DNA of 64,000 nucleotides, from NCBI GenBank assembly GCA_963575745.1, contig CAUYUJ010000259.1, positions 124,001-188,000 of the forward strand. The letters are read 5' to 3'. Positions 11,406-23,410 of the stretch are shown in pieces (the first letter of the stretch is position 1; each line of letters starts with the position of its first letter). The notes under the pieces were generated by a model. That model saw only the letters and a program-made list of their open reading frames with translations. It was not told the DNA's origin and searched no databases. The DNA comes from Prorocentrum cordatum. Its lineage: Eukaryota. Both the position numbers and the translations under genes were made by a program.

Positions 11406-11507
11406 TGGAGCAACGAGTCCACCGGATGCAGGGCGCCGTGCACGCGGGGCCGCCGGCGCGTCTGCCGCGCCTGCGGCGGCCAGCATCGGGCCGTCGACCA
11501 GCATTGA
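11406..11507 (+). pseudogene. Gag-like ORF1, 3' part (zinc-finger tail)
   Basis: Removing 1781-11405 and one TG gives in-frame EACNL-WSNESTGCRAPCTRGRRRVCRACGGQHRAVDQH*, a Cys/His-rich finger. Confidence 0.85.
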
Positions 11508-11739
11508 GAGGGGCGCGGGCCCGAGGCCACGGGGGCTGCGCCCCGGGCCCGAGCGCCTCCCTTGCGGCGCCAGCCGCGCCGCCCTTCGCGCACGTCGCCC
11601 CCGCGGCGACGCCGCTCCCGTCGGGGCTGGGCTCGCCGCTCGCCGATCCCCCAGGGGGGCGAGGACGACGCGGCGGTGGCACTGCTGGCGCGCACCGCCT
11701 CCGGCCGCGCGCATCGGCATGTCCTCCGCGGTCGGAGTA

Positions 11740-13091
11740 TGCCGCGTGCCAAGCGGGTCTGCGAAACCCAGGGAACCTGTGACGAGCGTGGCCTGGCCTC
11801 TGGTCCACGATGGCGCCGATCGCGGATCTCATAGCTGCGCGCCGTCGGAGGGGGCCCTTGCTTCAGGGGTTTGCCGGTGCGTGCGGCGTCTCGCCTAAGC
11901 GCCCGCCGCCGCCGGCGGAATGCCAGCGCTGCCGCTGCGCCACGCGCTCGCCGGGCACTTGGGCATCGGTGCGGCGGCGTCGGAGCGGCGCCACCCCGCC
12001 TCGACGTGGCGGCCAGAGATCGCGCGCGGTGCAGCGGCAGGCGGGGGGCCCTGACCGGGCCATCGCGGACTGGCTACTGGAGGGCGCGCCGATGGGGACC
12101 AAGCGGGACCCCCCCCCGGCGGGCTTTTTTCCAGCGGCGGTCTCAGAGGCGCCCATCGACCTGGACGCGCTCCTCGAGCGCGCGGCCGACCTGGGAAGCC
12201 ACCCGTCTTTCTACGGGCGGCGCGGCCAGGATCGGCTGCCAGGCGTCGAGCAGCTGCAGAGCTTGGTCAACCAGGGTTTTCGGGATCCTCTTCGAGGACC
12301 GAGCGGCGGCGGAAGCTTTCTAGTCCACCGCCGTCTTCCCGGCGCCCTTCGGCAACATCGCGCGGGCGAAGCCCGACGGCGCGACCGAGCGCCGTATCAT
12401 CCTGGATCTGAAGGCGAACCACGTGAAGTCGGCGGGGACCCTTGCCGAGCGCCAGGTACTGCCGGCTATCATCGACCACGCTTTAGACGTCGCCCTGCTC
12501 TCCTTCGGGGCTCAGGAGGGCGTCGCGTCCTGGACGCTGGTGCTGGACTTCGCGGACGCCTTCATGTCTGTGCCGCTGCGCCCCGACGAGCAGCCGCTCA
12601 ACTGCGCGCACGTCGGGCACGCGCTGCGGAGGGACAGGCCGCTGGCGCACCCGCAGGAGGCGCGCGAGGGGCGATCCGTGGTCTGGCGGGTTTTGGGTTT
12701 CCGGCGGCAAGCCTGGCCCCGTCGTGTTCGGGCGCGTGGCGTCCTTCGCCGCGCGCGCCGCGCCGCGCAGGCCCTGCTCCGGCCATTCGCGCGGTCGGGA
12801 GTGGGCCGCGCTGCCGCTGCCGCTGGGCGCCTGCAGCTCTACGTCGACGACCGGGGTCTCGCCGTTGCGGGCGCGCCACCAGCGGCGCAACTGGCGATCG
12901 ACCTCGTGCTCACCTGGTGGCTCCTCCTCGGGGTGCCGCTCGCCTGGAAGAAGGGCGCGCTCTACGCGCGCGAGCACCAGTGGATCGGGGCCATGTTCAT
13001 TCCCTGCTCGCCAGGCGTGGTACACGTCATGTTGCCCAACAAGTTCTTGGCTGATCTCTTCGAGCTCCTCAGGCCCTTCGCGGCAGGGTCA
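11740..13091 (+). pseudogene. Reverse transcriptase (pol) of the retrotransposon, frameshifted
   Basis: GLRNP...IADWLLEGAPMG...GFFP, then LVLDFADAFMSVPL (~12538), WRVLGF, YVDD at 12840-12851, WIGAMF; spread over several frames and ending at the N gap. Confidence 0.85.
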
Positions 13092-13191
13092 NNNNNNNNN
13101 NNNNNNNNNNNNNNNNNNNNNNNNNNNNNNNNNNNNNNNNNNNNNNNNNNNNNNNNNNNNNNNNNNNNNNNNNNNNNNNNNNNNNNNNNNN
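13092..13191. other. Assembly gap (100 N)
   Basis: Run of n characters. Confidence 1.
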
Positions 13192-13900
13192 GCGGAGGGG
13201 GCAGCGCGCTGGGCTGCTGAGGAGAGGGAGGTGGGGTTTGGGGGGGGGCGACGACGACGCCGAAATAAAGTAGTCGGGCCGGAGGGGGCGGTGCGCTGGG
13301 GTGCTGGGGAGCGACGCATAGCGACGCATGTCGGCAGAACGCCGAAATAAAGTGGTCGGGGCGGAGGGGGCTGCTGAGGAGAGGGAGGTGGGGTTTGGGG
13401 GGGGGCGACGACGACGCCGAAATAAAGTAGTCGGGCCGGAGGGGGCGGTGCGCTGGGGTGCTGGGGAGCGACGCATAGCGACGCATGTCGGCAGAACGCC
13501 GAAATAAAGTGGTCGGGGCGGAGGGGGCAGCGCGCTGGGCTGCCTAGGAGAAGAAGAGGGGGGGGGGAGGGGCGACGACGCCGAAATAAAGTCGTCGGGG
13601 CGGAGGGGGCGGTTCGCTGCGGTGGAGCGACGCATGGCGACACATACCGACACGCATCGACATATAGAGACATGTATCGACACACACACATATCGACGCA
13701 CAGCGACACACAGCGACACATGGCGACGCACACATGGAGACGCATAGCGACACACACCGACACACACACACACACATACATCGACACATGTAGCGGCACA
13801 TGAGGGGCACAAGGCACACAGCGACACATATAGCGACACGTGAAGGGCACAAAGCAGCTGGGGGGGAGCGACGACGGCGCCGAAATAAAGTGGTCGGAGC
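13192..13900. repeat. Tandem repeat (GCCGAAATAAAGT-containing ~75-83-bp units) plus CA-rich tract
   Basis: Motif at about 13259, 13341, 13416, 13498, 13580 and 13878. Confidence 0.85.
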
Positions 13901-13904
13901 ACTA

Positions 13905-14259
13905 GACACCCTGTGCAAGAGTATTAATGGCGGCGATGGACCGCGAGGAGCTGAACGACCTGGCGCGATACTTCCGCATCGAGAAAACGTACCGAGGACA
14001 ACCAGAAGGCAGACCAAGCGAAGCTGCACGTCATGCTGAGCCCGATTGCCATCAGCCCGTTTCACAGGCCCCAGCTGATTCAGAGGTGCAAGGAGAAGAA
14101 CGGCGACCAGTCGGACATGCTCAACGCCACGATCGACGAGATTCGGTTGCGCATCATCAAGGGGCTGGTCGCCAGCGGCGGCATCGGGAAGATAGGGGGC
14201 CCACCGCCAGGGGCGCTGGAGCGAGCGTCTCAGGCAGCGGTGCAGGAACAATCGGTTTA
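13905..14259 (+). pseudogene. Frameshifted coding remnant, possibly the C-terminus of a retroelement ORF1
   Basis: MAAMDREELNDLARYFRIEKTY then KLHVMLSPIAISPFHRPQLI...IGGPPPGALERASQAAVQEQSV*; coding-like composition between repeats. Confidence 0.4.
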
Positions 14260-14563
14260 GGCGGCCTACGACACATGGCTCATGCAGGCAGCGAACGAGC
14301 TCGCCAATTGCTCCGGGATCTCAAGGGACAGGAGAGATGAAGCGAGAGAGGGCTGCCGATGCTGGCCCACGCCTTCTCGAGCTTGACGGTGAGATGTGAG
14401 GGCATCCTGGGCTTCCTGCGCTGGGTGCTGTTTGAGCGTTCGGCTCATGCTGTTTTCTTTTCTGTCTTCTCTGCCTCGGGGCCGTTTCCTGGGTGAGTTG
14501 GGCAGACGGGGAGGTAAATCACATGCTGCCCTTTTCGTGCTGGATAGTTGCTCACGGGTCGTG

Positions 14564-14609
<46 letters not shown>

Positions 14610-17600
14610 CGGGGGGTGGGGGGGGGTGGGGGGCGGGCGACCTAGACACGCGAAGGCGCACCCACAACTACTTACCTAGCGGTCCGACGGGATCGATGCA
14701 CTGTTTTCGCTTTCGACGGCCCCGAGTTCCCTGGGCCCCCTCTCCGCGCCCGTCAGCCCTGCGGTTGAGGTGATGGGCCCAAGCGCTCTAAGCCTCAACC
14801 CACAGCGACTTGAATGAAGTGTGGTGCGCCTTCGTGCTAACGCGGGCTTTGAAGGTCCGTGATGGGCTATAAAGGCCCGCGGGCGTGCTCGAGATGCGGA
14901 TTGAGTTTACCAGCAGCTACAGTCAGGGCTACAGGCCTTACCCCGAAGAGGTGAGCCACGCAGCGATAGACACCAGCTGCCACGGTCTTGCTTGCTTGCT
15001 CCACCTCACCCCCCCCCCGCCCCATGATCCTCCCCCTCCCCCTCCTCCTCCGCCTCGCTGTCTTGGGTCCGCTCTGGCCAACATGTGGTATGTTTTGGGG
15101 CAGTTTCGGTGCCTGTGGGCGAGCAGGGATCTCTGGAGTTCTTCAGAGAGACCTCCAGGGATGAGGGGGAGGAGGAACCCTGAGGGGCGCGTCTACGAGA
15201 ACAGAAGGGCGCTCGGATGGAGAAGGCACAGTGGCTGGGGGGGGGTACTGAGATGTCCAGTTTGAGGAGGAGGTGGAGGTGCAGGAGGACGAAAAACAGT
15301 AAGAAGACGGCGGTTCGGCTTTGTCTTTGTGCGTGGTATCATCGTCGGCCTACCGATCGGAGAGTATAAGTTTCATGTCTGTCGGCCACGCGCAAAAGGG
15401 GGTTTGGGGGAGGGGAACAGCTTCTTAGAAACACCCCTGCTTCTTAGAAGGCGCCGGCCTTGCCTATAGATGTGGGGCTGACGCCTTTATAAGAGGGAGC
15501 CTCCTAAGAAACCCTCGCGCCCTGTCCTTAGCCCCTCTTTCGCGCCGCCAACACAGGCCACTGAAGCACCAGACAGCAGCATGACTTGTGTCCTTTCAGC
15601 ATTGTACGTGTCGACGCTCAGAGGAGGAAAGGGTACCTCATCCGCTTCCCCTGCTTCTTTTTCGCCTTTCTGGGCCTCCTGGGAGGCCCCTTGTCGCCAC
15701 CGCTGGATTTGCATCGAAATCCTGGTCAGAGAGCACTCCATCAGCGGTCCGGGGAGCAGCAGCATCGGCACCTTGCAGTTCCCCCATATTTCCGTACGCG
15801 ACATGTCGACGCGGCGGCCTTCCCGCCGCGGGCGATCAGGGATGAGCGCCGCCAGTGGCCCAGAGTCTGCCATGATGGAGGGATCTGGCAATCGAGAAGT
15901 TGCCGATCGTTCGAGAGGTCGAACGATTCACGCGGGGTCAGAAAGCATCGCCGGGGTCGTCACGACACAAACTTGCCGTCGCCTGTGTTTGGTTAGGCTC
16001 AGCGCGCTCAGTCCGAGAGGGTAGACGCCAGCTTGCAAACTCTGGCGGAGCCTGGCACAACTAAGCTCGATGACATCATCTCACATGGTTTTCGGAGGTC
16101 CCAGAGTTCCCAAGAGGCCACTGAAGGCCCCTTGACCCCAGAGGTTCCAAAACTGGTGCGCTCGATCTTCGATAGTCCAGGGCTTCCAAACACCGCTAAT
16201 CTCAATTCTCCGAGGATCGATCAGTAGAGGAGCAGGAGGGAGCAGGAGGACGGGGTCCAGGGGAGACTTTCTATGGCCGTCTCTGGGTCACCGGGGGAGC
16301 CTTTCTTGGGATCTCTTGGACTCTCCGAGGGTGGACAAGAGAGATAGAGAGAGAGAGAGAGAGAAAAACACCGACTCGCCCAAAGACATACGGACAACAT
16401 ATGTTTTTTTACGCTTGGACCTTGAGATCCGACCTTGCTAAAGTACAACATTGCAAAGCCTCACGGCGGGAGCCCTCGACCCCATCTCGCTGCGGCATCT
16501 TCCGAGCCAGATCAGTCTGTGATGGCCTCGGGTCCCGAAGCCCGGCGAAACCGCCCAGCGTGGAGAACGAGCAGCGCCCAGATCTCAGGCGCCGCGATCC
16601 CGAACCTACGATGCCCCGATCCTTCAATCACGGGGTGCCCCTTCTGCATTCCCGTCTTCTCCCCTCGAAGAAGACCATGGCATACACATAAACTTTTGGC
16701 GCTCCGCGCGGATTTCTCGGATTCGCGCTGGGGCCCTCCTGGCGGTCGCGCGGAGCGCCACAAAGTTTATGTCTGTGCCGCTTTTTTTTATCTTTTCCCG
16801 CCCGTCCTTGGGGCCCCATATCGGCGTCACCCTAACATACTTGTACTATATGTACGTCGCCCCCCCAGAGGCGAGGCGCGCACCGAGAAATCTTGTATAT
16901 GTCTCGTGGCGGACGCTTTCTGGCCGCACCGCTCGGGAAACGATATACTGCAGGATGGGTATACTTTCTGTTCGGGTCGGACGCGCGCCTCCAAGGAGGA
17001 CATATAGTACCCGTATGTCTCTGTGCGTCCCACTATAGACCGCTTCCCCGGGGTCGGTCCTCTGCCCGGGACGGTTTTTGGACGGCCCTGCGGGGCTCGG
17101 CGACAGGCCCCAGACGCTGAGACAACGACGAAGCACCAAGCGCTGGAGCTCTCCGCTGCGTGGGAGGTCCGGGCCTTCCTGGGCGCGTGTGAGCTTTAGA
17201 CATCAGTCGGGCCTGCCCCTCTACAGGGCGAATATTCAGAAATAGTTTTAAAAAGTAGTCAGGGGACGATTGTTTGAGTAATTTTGGGCATGCCTTGGGC
17301 ATTTTGTGGGTATTAATTTCCCAACCATCCTGTGGTGTTGGGTCCTCGTTTTGAAGAGACAGCGCCCCGCGTCTTCTTCCCTCCTCCCTCCCCCTCCTCC
17401 TTATTCCTTGCGTTTCACCCACCCTGCACAGCATTTCGTGGCCCCGTAGGGAACTCCACCGAAGGCTCCAGTGCAACCGCCCGCATGCGTCACCCATACC
17501 CATTTCGGCACACCCCTCACACGTTTCGTGGCCCCATAGGGAGCTCCACCGAATGCCCCAGTGCCACCGTCCGCATGCGTCACCCACACCCATTTCGTCA

Positions 17601-18200
17601 CACCCTCACGTTTCGTGGCCCAGGGAGCTCCACCGAAGGCCCCAGTGCCACGGCCCGCATGCGTCACCCACACCCATTTCGGGACACCCCTCACACGTCT
17701 CGTGGCCCCATTTGGAGCTCCACCGCAGGCCCCAGGGCCACCGCACGCATGCGTCACCCACACCCATATTGGGACCCCCCTCGCACGCTTCGTGGCCTCA
17801 TAGGGTGCTCCAGCGAAGGCCACAGTGCCACCGCCCGCATGTGTCACTCACGCCCATTTCGTCATACCCCTCACATGTTTCGTGGCCCCATAGGGAGCTC
17901 CACCGACGGCGAATAATTGGTGCCACCGCCCGCATGCGTCACCCACGCACATTTCGTCACACCCCTGAAACGCTTCGTGGCCCCATAGGGAGCTTCACCG
18001 AAGGCGCTATTGCCACCGCCCGCATTGTCACTCACGCACAAACCGGCGCACCCCTCACACGTTTCGTGGCCCCACAGGGAGCTCCACCGAATGCCCCAGG
18101 GCCGCCGCCCGCATGCGTCACCCACACCCATATCGGTACACCCCTCACATTTGACGTGGCCCCCCTTAGGGAGCTCCGTCTCAAGGAATCCGTCCTGGCC

Positions 18201-18248
18201 CCGTAGCCCCGTAACCATTTTGGCTCAAGGAGTCCGTCTTGACTCAAG
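18201..18248 (+). other. Tandem spliced-leader relics at the LINE 5' end
   Basis: CCGTAGCC, then CCGTAACCATTTTGGCTCAAG (20/21 to the SL), then a degenerate GTCCGTCTTGACTCAAG. Confidence 0.9.
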
Positions 18249-18392
18249 CCGCCAAGAGCGCTTTCTATTTACTTACACTCGCATTCACAATTCCGAACTC
18301 CGTTCCCTTGTCTCTACCCTCTGATACCATCGGGCCCCATGTCGGCGCCGATGGCCTGATCGCCTCGGAATCTTCAGTAGGAGTTGGAGGCC

Positions 18393-19580
18393 ATGATGTC
18401 TCCCACACCACCTCCGAAGAGTGGGAATACCCGCATGGCTGGCACTCCTGTCGGAAGTCTCGTGAAGGACCCATGGGGACATATGAGGGAGGACAAGAAA
18501 TCTCGGATTGGACATGGTCCTCATTCCCCCCTTGCTCCTCTTCTCGGCGAGGAACGCCCAGGACACCGCGAGCAGCGGGAGGGCTACGTCCCGATGCCCG
18601 AGGATGATCCCGAAGACGAGCTGATCGAGGCGCCGGCCCGCAAGCCGAACTTCGACCAGCAGAACGACGTGACCATGGCTGGCATCGCTAGCCTCCTGCA
18701 TGAACAGCTGTTCCCTGTAATGTCAGCGATCAAGAGCCTGCGCGCAGAACCCGGCAAGTTCGATGCCAAGGTCACGAGCATCGGAGAGACGCTGGCTGGC
18801 CGCGTAGACCACGTGGAGACTGCCATTTTCGATGTCGAAGCGCGGGCGGAGAAGCTGGAGAACATGCACGAGCTGCTGAAGGGTGAGCCGACCTACGCCC
18901 CCCCAGGAGCTTGACACCATGATTTAGGACTATATCAGGGAAGCCGTGACGCAGGAGAGCACGCAGCATACTCCAGTCTGCGCGCAATCCGCGGGCGACC
19001 CGAGCGCAGAGACACGCTCAGTGACCATGGTCGTCGGCAACATTTCCTGCCTCGACACCCTTTTGAAGGCCGAGGAGTGGTTGCAGGAGAAGCTGACGTC
19101 CCTGAAAGCCCCCATCCTGACCAAGACCTACACGAAAGGGGATTGCGTTGGAGTGCTGTTCGCGGAGTTCTGGAACTTTGTGGAGAGGAACGCCGCCGTG
19201 GACGTCTCGAGGTGGACTGTATTGCAATCGGGTGGGAAATGCGCGCGGGCCAACCAGGACCGCCCTAGGAATTACTGTTTTGGATACAGCGCCTATTCAA
19301 AAAAGGCATGGGACATTCCATTCACAGCGTCCGTCAACGGTTCTGCTCTTTACGCGGTGGCAGTGGGCGGCGAGCTCGCACTGATTGCGCATGTGTTCCC
19401 TGGTCGCGTGACCCGCCAGCGGCGCGTGGGGTGGGCTGGGCGGGAGGAGCTTCGACAAAGCCCCGAACTCGTGAATCTCCTGGGCAGGTCGAACCACTTG
19501 GTCGCAAAGGCAGCGGCCGGCATGAGGGGTTTGAAGGGCCGCGTCAAGGGCTCGCCGAACGGGGCCGCAGGGCGCCATCC
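18393..19580 (+). pseudogene. LINE ORF1 (coiled-coil-like region followed by a globular domain)
   Basis: ORF 18384..18914 (VTSIGETLAGRVDHVETAIFDVEARAEKLE) and ORF 18946.. (TMVVGNIS...KAEEWLQEKL...KGD...LFAEF), directly upstream of the endonuclease. Confidence 0.65.
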
Positions 19581-19755
19581 AGAGTGGGAAATAACAGACA
19601 CAATTATCTTATTCGCAGTCGGCCATACTGCTCCTATATATCGATTGAGAATTCACGAGTTCATTCAAGGCGCGACCAAAGCACGGCAAGGCAACGCCAG
19701 CACTGGGCGAGGAATGGTTGGTTTCCGAGGAGGGTGCTCGCAATCTAGCGCAGTG

Positions 19756-22560
19756 GATATCGTTATCGGTTCGCAGAATGTCGAGGGCATGGCGGGGGCG
19801 GCGGATGATAAATTGCATAGCTATACTGAGAAGCTGGGCAACGACGAGCTCATCTAAGAGACTCACAAGCACGAGTCCTTTTATTATACGACCGAACGTA
19901 AGTTGTTTGGTATTTCTTTCTGGGAGCCCTGGCTCCGATGAGACTGCTGGAGTTGGTTTTCTCGCGTCGCCGCGGGCTCGCAGGAGCGCTACTGGAGTCA
20001 ATCTGATGGGCGAGAGAATTTCGCACGCGAAGCTTCGTTCTCGCGGCGGAAAGGTGCCGATCTTCAGCGCGCGCGCCCCTCATAAGGGGAAGCTGGGCCA
20101 TGATGGGCAAGCCTTTTTGCGATCAGTTGGCAATATTCTTGCTGGCACTTCCAGACATGGACATGCCGTGGCGCTGGGGGGCCCCGCCGCTAGGCCCCGC
20201 GGGCAATTCGGAGGGGAGGGGTCGATTCTGGGAGGCCGCGTCTTCGGAGACCCGCGCACTCCGCGCAACCCTCTATCCAACCCAAGCCTGCTCGTGGAGT
20301 TATGCCAGAGAGAGGGGCCGGCTGTCACCAACGCGTTCTTCGACCATTCCGCGGATTACCAGATCATGTGCTAGAATGCGGGGCCCCATCCAGGATCCGG
20401 CTGTGCCGCGACATTCTGGTCGCGCCGATTTGTTTTTCATGCGACGCGGGCTGCGTGAATCTGGTGGCAGACATGTTGGGCAGCCGGGAGTATGCACTTG
20501 CTTCGCATCACTTTCTGTCACAATTCCGCGCGCGCATAGAGATTCCGAAATCGAAGCGCGAGAAGGGCTCGAAACGGGACCAGTCAGCAATGGCCAGCAC
20601 TGCAGGCCGACATTTGTTCGTTGATACTCTCACCAACCATGTGCCCGCATGGTGCCAGCACCAGTCCCTGGACAGCTTGCGCGATGCAGTGGCCAATGCT
20701 TTCGCTGCTACCGCAGAATGCCTCCCGCGAGAGGCGGAACGAAGAAAGCAACCGCGGGTGAGCAGCGCCACGATGGAGCTCATCACCAGTCGGAACGAGG
20801 CGAGACGACACGTGGATTCAGCGAAGGAAACACGTTTTCGCGGAAATATCGGAGCACCCATCAAGATGGACACGGAGCACTGGTCGCACGGACTGTTGGA
20901 GAACGGCGACTGGGACCAGGCGCGCAAGCTCTGGAAGCTCTGCGGCGCCACCCAAGGCGATTGCGGAGCCTGCGCAGCCAAGAAGTTGATAGAGACGAGC
21001 TGGCCCAGACGCTCGCCGAGAATTTCGCGACAGTGCAGTGGGCCGTGCGGCCGGTCACTGCCGCGGACGATCCCGAACCTATGGGGCCCCAGCTACCAGC
21101 GCAGGCATGCCCGATTACCCAGGCGGAAGTGCGCGCGGCAGCGCGCGCGCTGAAACGGAATCGCGCGGTCGGCAATGGCGGCGCCCCAGCTGGGTTTTCG
21201 AAATCTGCAGCTCAGACACGCCAGCGCGCGAGTGGGCCGCTCTGCGTTGCAATCGGTGTTGGGCGGAAGCGTATGTGCCCGACGCCTGGCGCGAGGCGAT
21301 TGTCGCGGCTATCTTCAGGAAAGGCGACGTCGCCGAGCGCGAGAGTTACAGGTCGATTTCACTCTTACCCATCTGGCGCAAGCTCTGCGCCCCGAAATTG
21401 CTTGCACGCTTGAAGAGCGCGGGTGCCGAGGACCGGATTCGGGGAACGCAGTTCGGACTCAGATCTGGTAGCGGAACGGCCGACGCACTGTTCGTCGCAC
21501 GGCGGCTGATCGAGGACACCGTGGACACAGCGTCTGGGAGGCTGCTTCTTCTCGCACTCGAATGGGCTAAAGCATTCGACAGCGCGTCGCCAGATAGCCT
21601 CCTGCTGGCGTTGATCCGCGCCGGCATCCCTGTGCACTTCGCCGCCGCTGTGAAGGAAATCTACCGCAACAGGAGCCTCCGCGTCCGGGAAGCTGGCTCC
21701 ACTTCCGAATCTTGGCCGCAGGCGTTCGCCATGTCGCAGGGGTGCCCATTCTCATTTGTTGTTCTCGATCGCGGCGGCGGTCTTCGTGCACGACGCGAGG
21801 CAGAGCTTTGCTGGTCACGGGATGTTGCAATCCAATTCAATTCCGTTTAGCGAGTTCATGCGCGCGCCCTTGTAGTCGGAGCAGAATAAGAGTTCGTCTA
21901 CCAGCTGATGGAGAGCGTGCGCGTGGCCAGGAGGAACTATGGATTGGGGTTCAATTGGGGCAGTGTCGCGGTCCTGTCCGCGGGGTGCGAGACGCATATT
22001 GCCAGACCGCGCGAGTCAACAATTCCGCAGAGTGGCAGCGTGATCTACCTGGGCGGGCTATTGAACGCCGACGGCGGCAGCGGCCCCGCGCTGAGCAGAG
22101 GGATCGGCATTGCACGCAGGCAATTCCATAGTTTGTGCAAAATTTGGAAGCAAGCGAAGCGTTCACTTTCCAAGAAGGCCTTGGATTTCCAGCCTTGCGT
22201 CGTATCTGGCCTGATGCGTTGCTTGCGCACTCTGTGGCTGAACCAAGCAGAACTCAGAAAACTGGATGCTTTCCAAGCGCGCTGCCGCCGCAGAGTGGCT
22301 GGCGTAGCGCGCCGGTTTGCCAGCCGCGTTTCGAATGATGCCGTCTTGGCCCAGTGCAGCAATCAGACATGCAGCAGCCAGTAAGCATGCCGGCAGCTTG
22401 TGCTGGTGGGTAAGGCGGCCCATTTGCCAGACGACAGCGCCGTCCGACGCTGCAGTTTCGCCCCTGGGTCATTCTCGCTTTCCCGCGTGGGATGTCGCCG
22501 AAACGCGGCCGGCCGAAGAAACCGCGGAAGCCCAATGCGCGCGCCGCGACTTGCAAGGCA
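19756..22560 (+). pseudogene. LINE ORF2: APE endonuclease plus reverse transcriptase, multiple frameshifts and stops
   Basis: IGSQNVEG, I*ETH, AGVGFL, IFSARAPH, VTNAFF, SHHFL; RT: VPDAWREAIVAAIFRKGD, YRSISLL, QFGLRSG, AKAFDS, SQGCP, YLGGLL, KLDAFQARC. The YADD region is not recognisable. Confidence 0.88.
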
Positions 22561-22631
22561 GCCGGCGATGCTGACAGATTGTGTCGATTGCAGTTTGTAC
22601 ATGACTGCCAACGCACCTTTGACGTGCATGG

Positions 22632-22668
<37 letters not shown>

Positions 22669-23410
22669 ATAGGGGGCTCCAGCGAAGGCCTCGGTGCCAC
22701 CGCCCGCATGCGTCACCCGCGCCCATTCCAGCACACCCTTCACGCGTTTCGTGGCCCCATAGGGAGCTCCACGGGGGGCCCCGTCACCACCGCCCGCATG
22801 CGTCACCGACACCCATTCCGGCACACCACTCGCGCGTTTCGTTGCCCCATGAGGGGGCTCCACCGAAGGCCCCAGAGCCACGGCCCGCATGCGTCACCCA
22901 CACCAATGTCGGCACACCCCTCACACGTCTCGTGGCCCCATATGGGGGCCTCACCGACGCCCCAGTGGCTGCGTTCGCATGCGCCCACCGCACCTACTTC
23001 GTGACCCCAGAGGGAAGTCTACCGACGGCCCCAGTGGCTGCTTCCGCATGCACCCACCGGACAAATTTTGGCGCACCCCCCTCTGGCCCCATAAGGGGCT
23101 AATGCGGTGCACATGACGACGGTATGCGCAACTTCGTATGACGACGGCGAGCGCGGGGGGAAATCAGAAGGAAAAATGCCATTTCAGCAGGAGGCGGGAC
23201 TTTTCAGAAACCTTCCCGCCTTCTGAGAAGTTGTTTCTGTTTTCGGGAAAAGCTCAGCAAACTTTATCAGAAATCCGGGGGGCATCCGAAGTTTCCGAGA
23301 ACGCACGCCCATATAAGTTTCCCCCCAGTTCGCCGCCTACTATGATTGGGTCCTCCGCCAAGCGAATTATTTGTCCAAATTCCGCCTGTAGGGGGACAGG
23401 CCCGACCTAA

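Larger units (their letters stand above)
322..13091 (+). mobile_element. DIRS/Ngaro-like retrotransposon, decayed, interrupted by a 9.6-kb DNA transposon and truncated by an assembly gap
   Basis: Gag-like ORF with a C-terminal Cys/His finger (reconstituted across the insertion), followed by RT motifs (RRIILDL, LVLDFADAFMSVPL, LQLYVDD, GVPLAWKKG, WIG) with no protease or APE endonuclease in between. RNase H and tyrosine recombinase are not visible because of the N gap, so the class is inferred. Confidence 0.7.
18178..22669 (+). mobile_element. LINE (non-LTR retrotransposon, APE-RT type), apparently full length, decayed
   Basis: SL at the 5' end, ORF1, APE endonuclease, RT, (CT)n tail 22632-22668; candidate TSD TAGGGAGCTCC 18167-18177 / TAGGGGGCTCC 22670-22680. 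Confidence 0.88.
17318..23364. mobile_element. Hairpin-ended satellite-carrying element, copy 1 (90-bp units), containing the LINE
   Basis: Head TTCCCAACCATCCTGTGGTGTTGGGTCCTCGTTTTGAAGAG, CT tract, 90-bp units at 17434-18177 and 22670-23100, end TTGGGTCCTCCGCCAAGC at 23346-23363. Confidence 0.75.
17203..23410. mobile_element. ~165-bp MITE (TIR ~TTAAGTCGGGCCTGTCCCYCTACAGG) split by nested insertions
   Basis: Left half 17203-17317 and right half 23365-23410 join to match the intact copies at 39619, 53928, 54994, 56235 and 57797. Confidence 0.8.

Noticed and set aside
15487..16227. Possible minus-strand coding remnant
   Set aside because: No recognisable motifs, so no product can be supported.
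17318..17380. Hammerhead ribozyme or tRNA-derived SINE head
   Set aside because: No CTGANGA/GAAA core pair, cloverleaf or clear A/B boxes on either strand.
18201..18260. SL RNA gene
   Set aside because: The SL is followed by retroelement sequence, not by a GT donor and SL intron; it is a relic.
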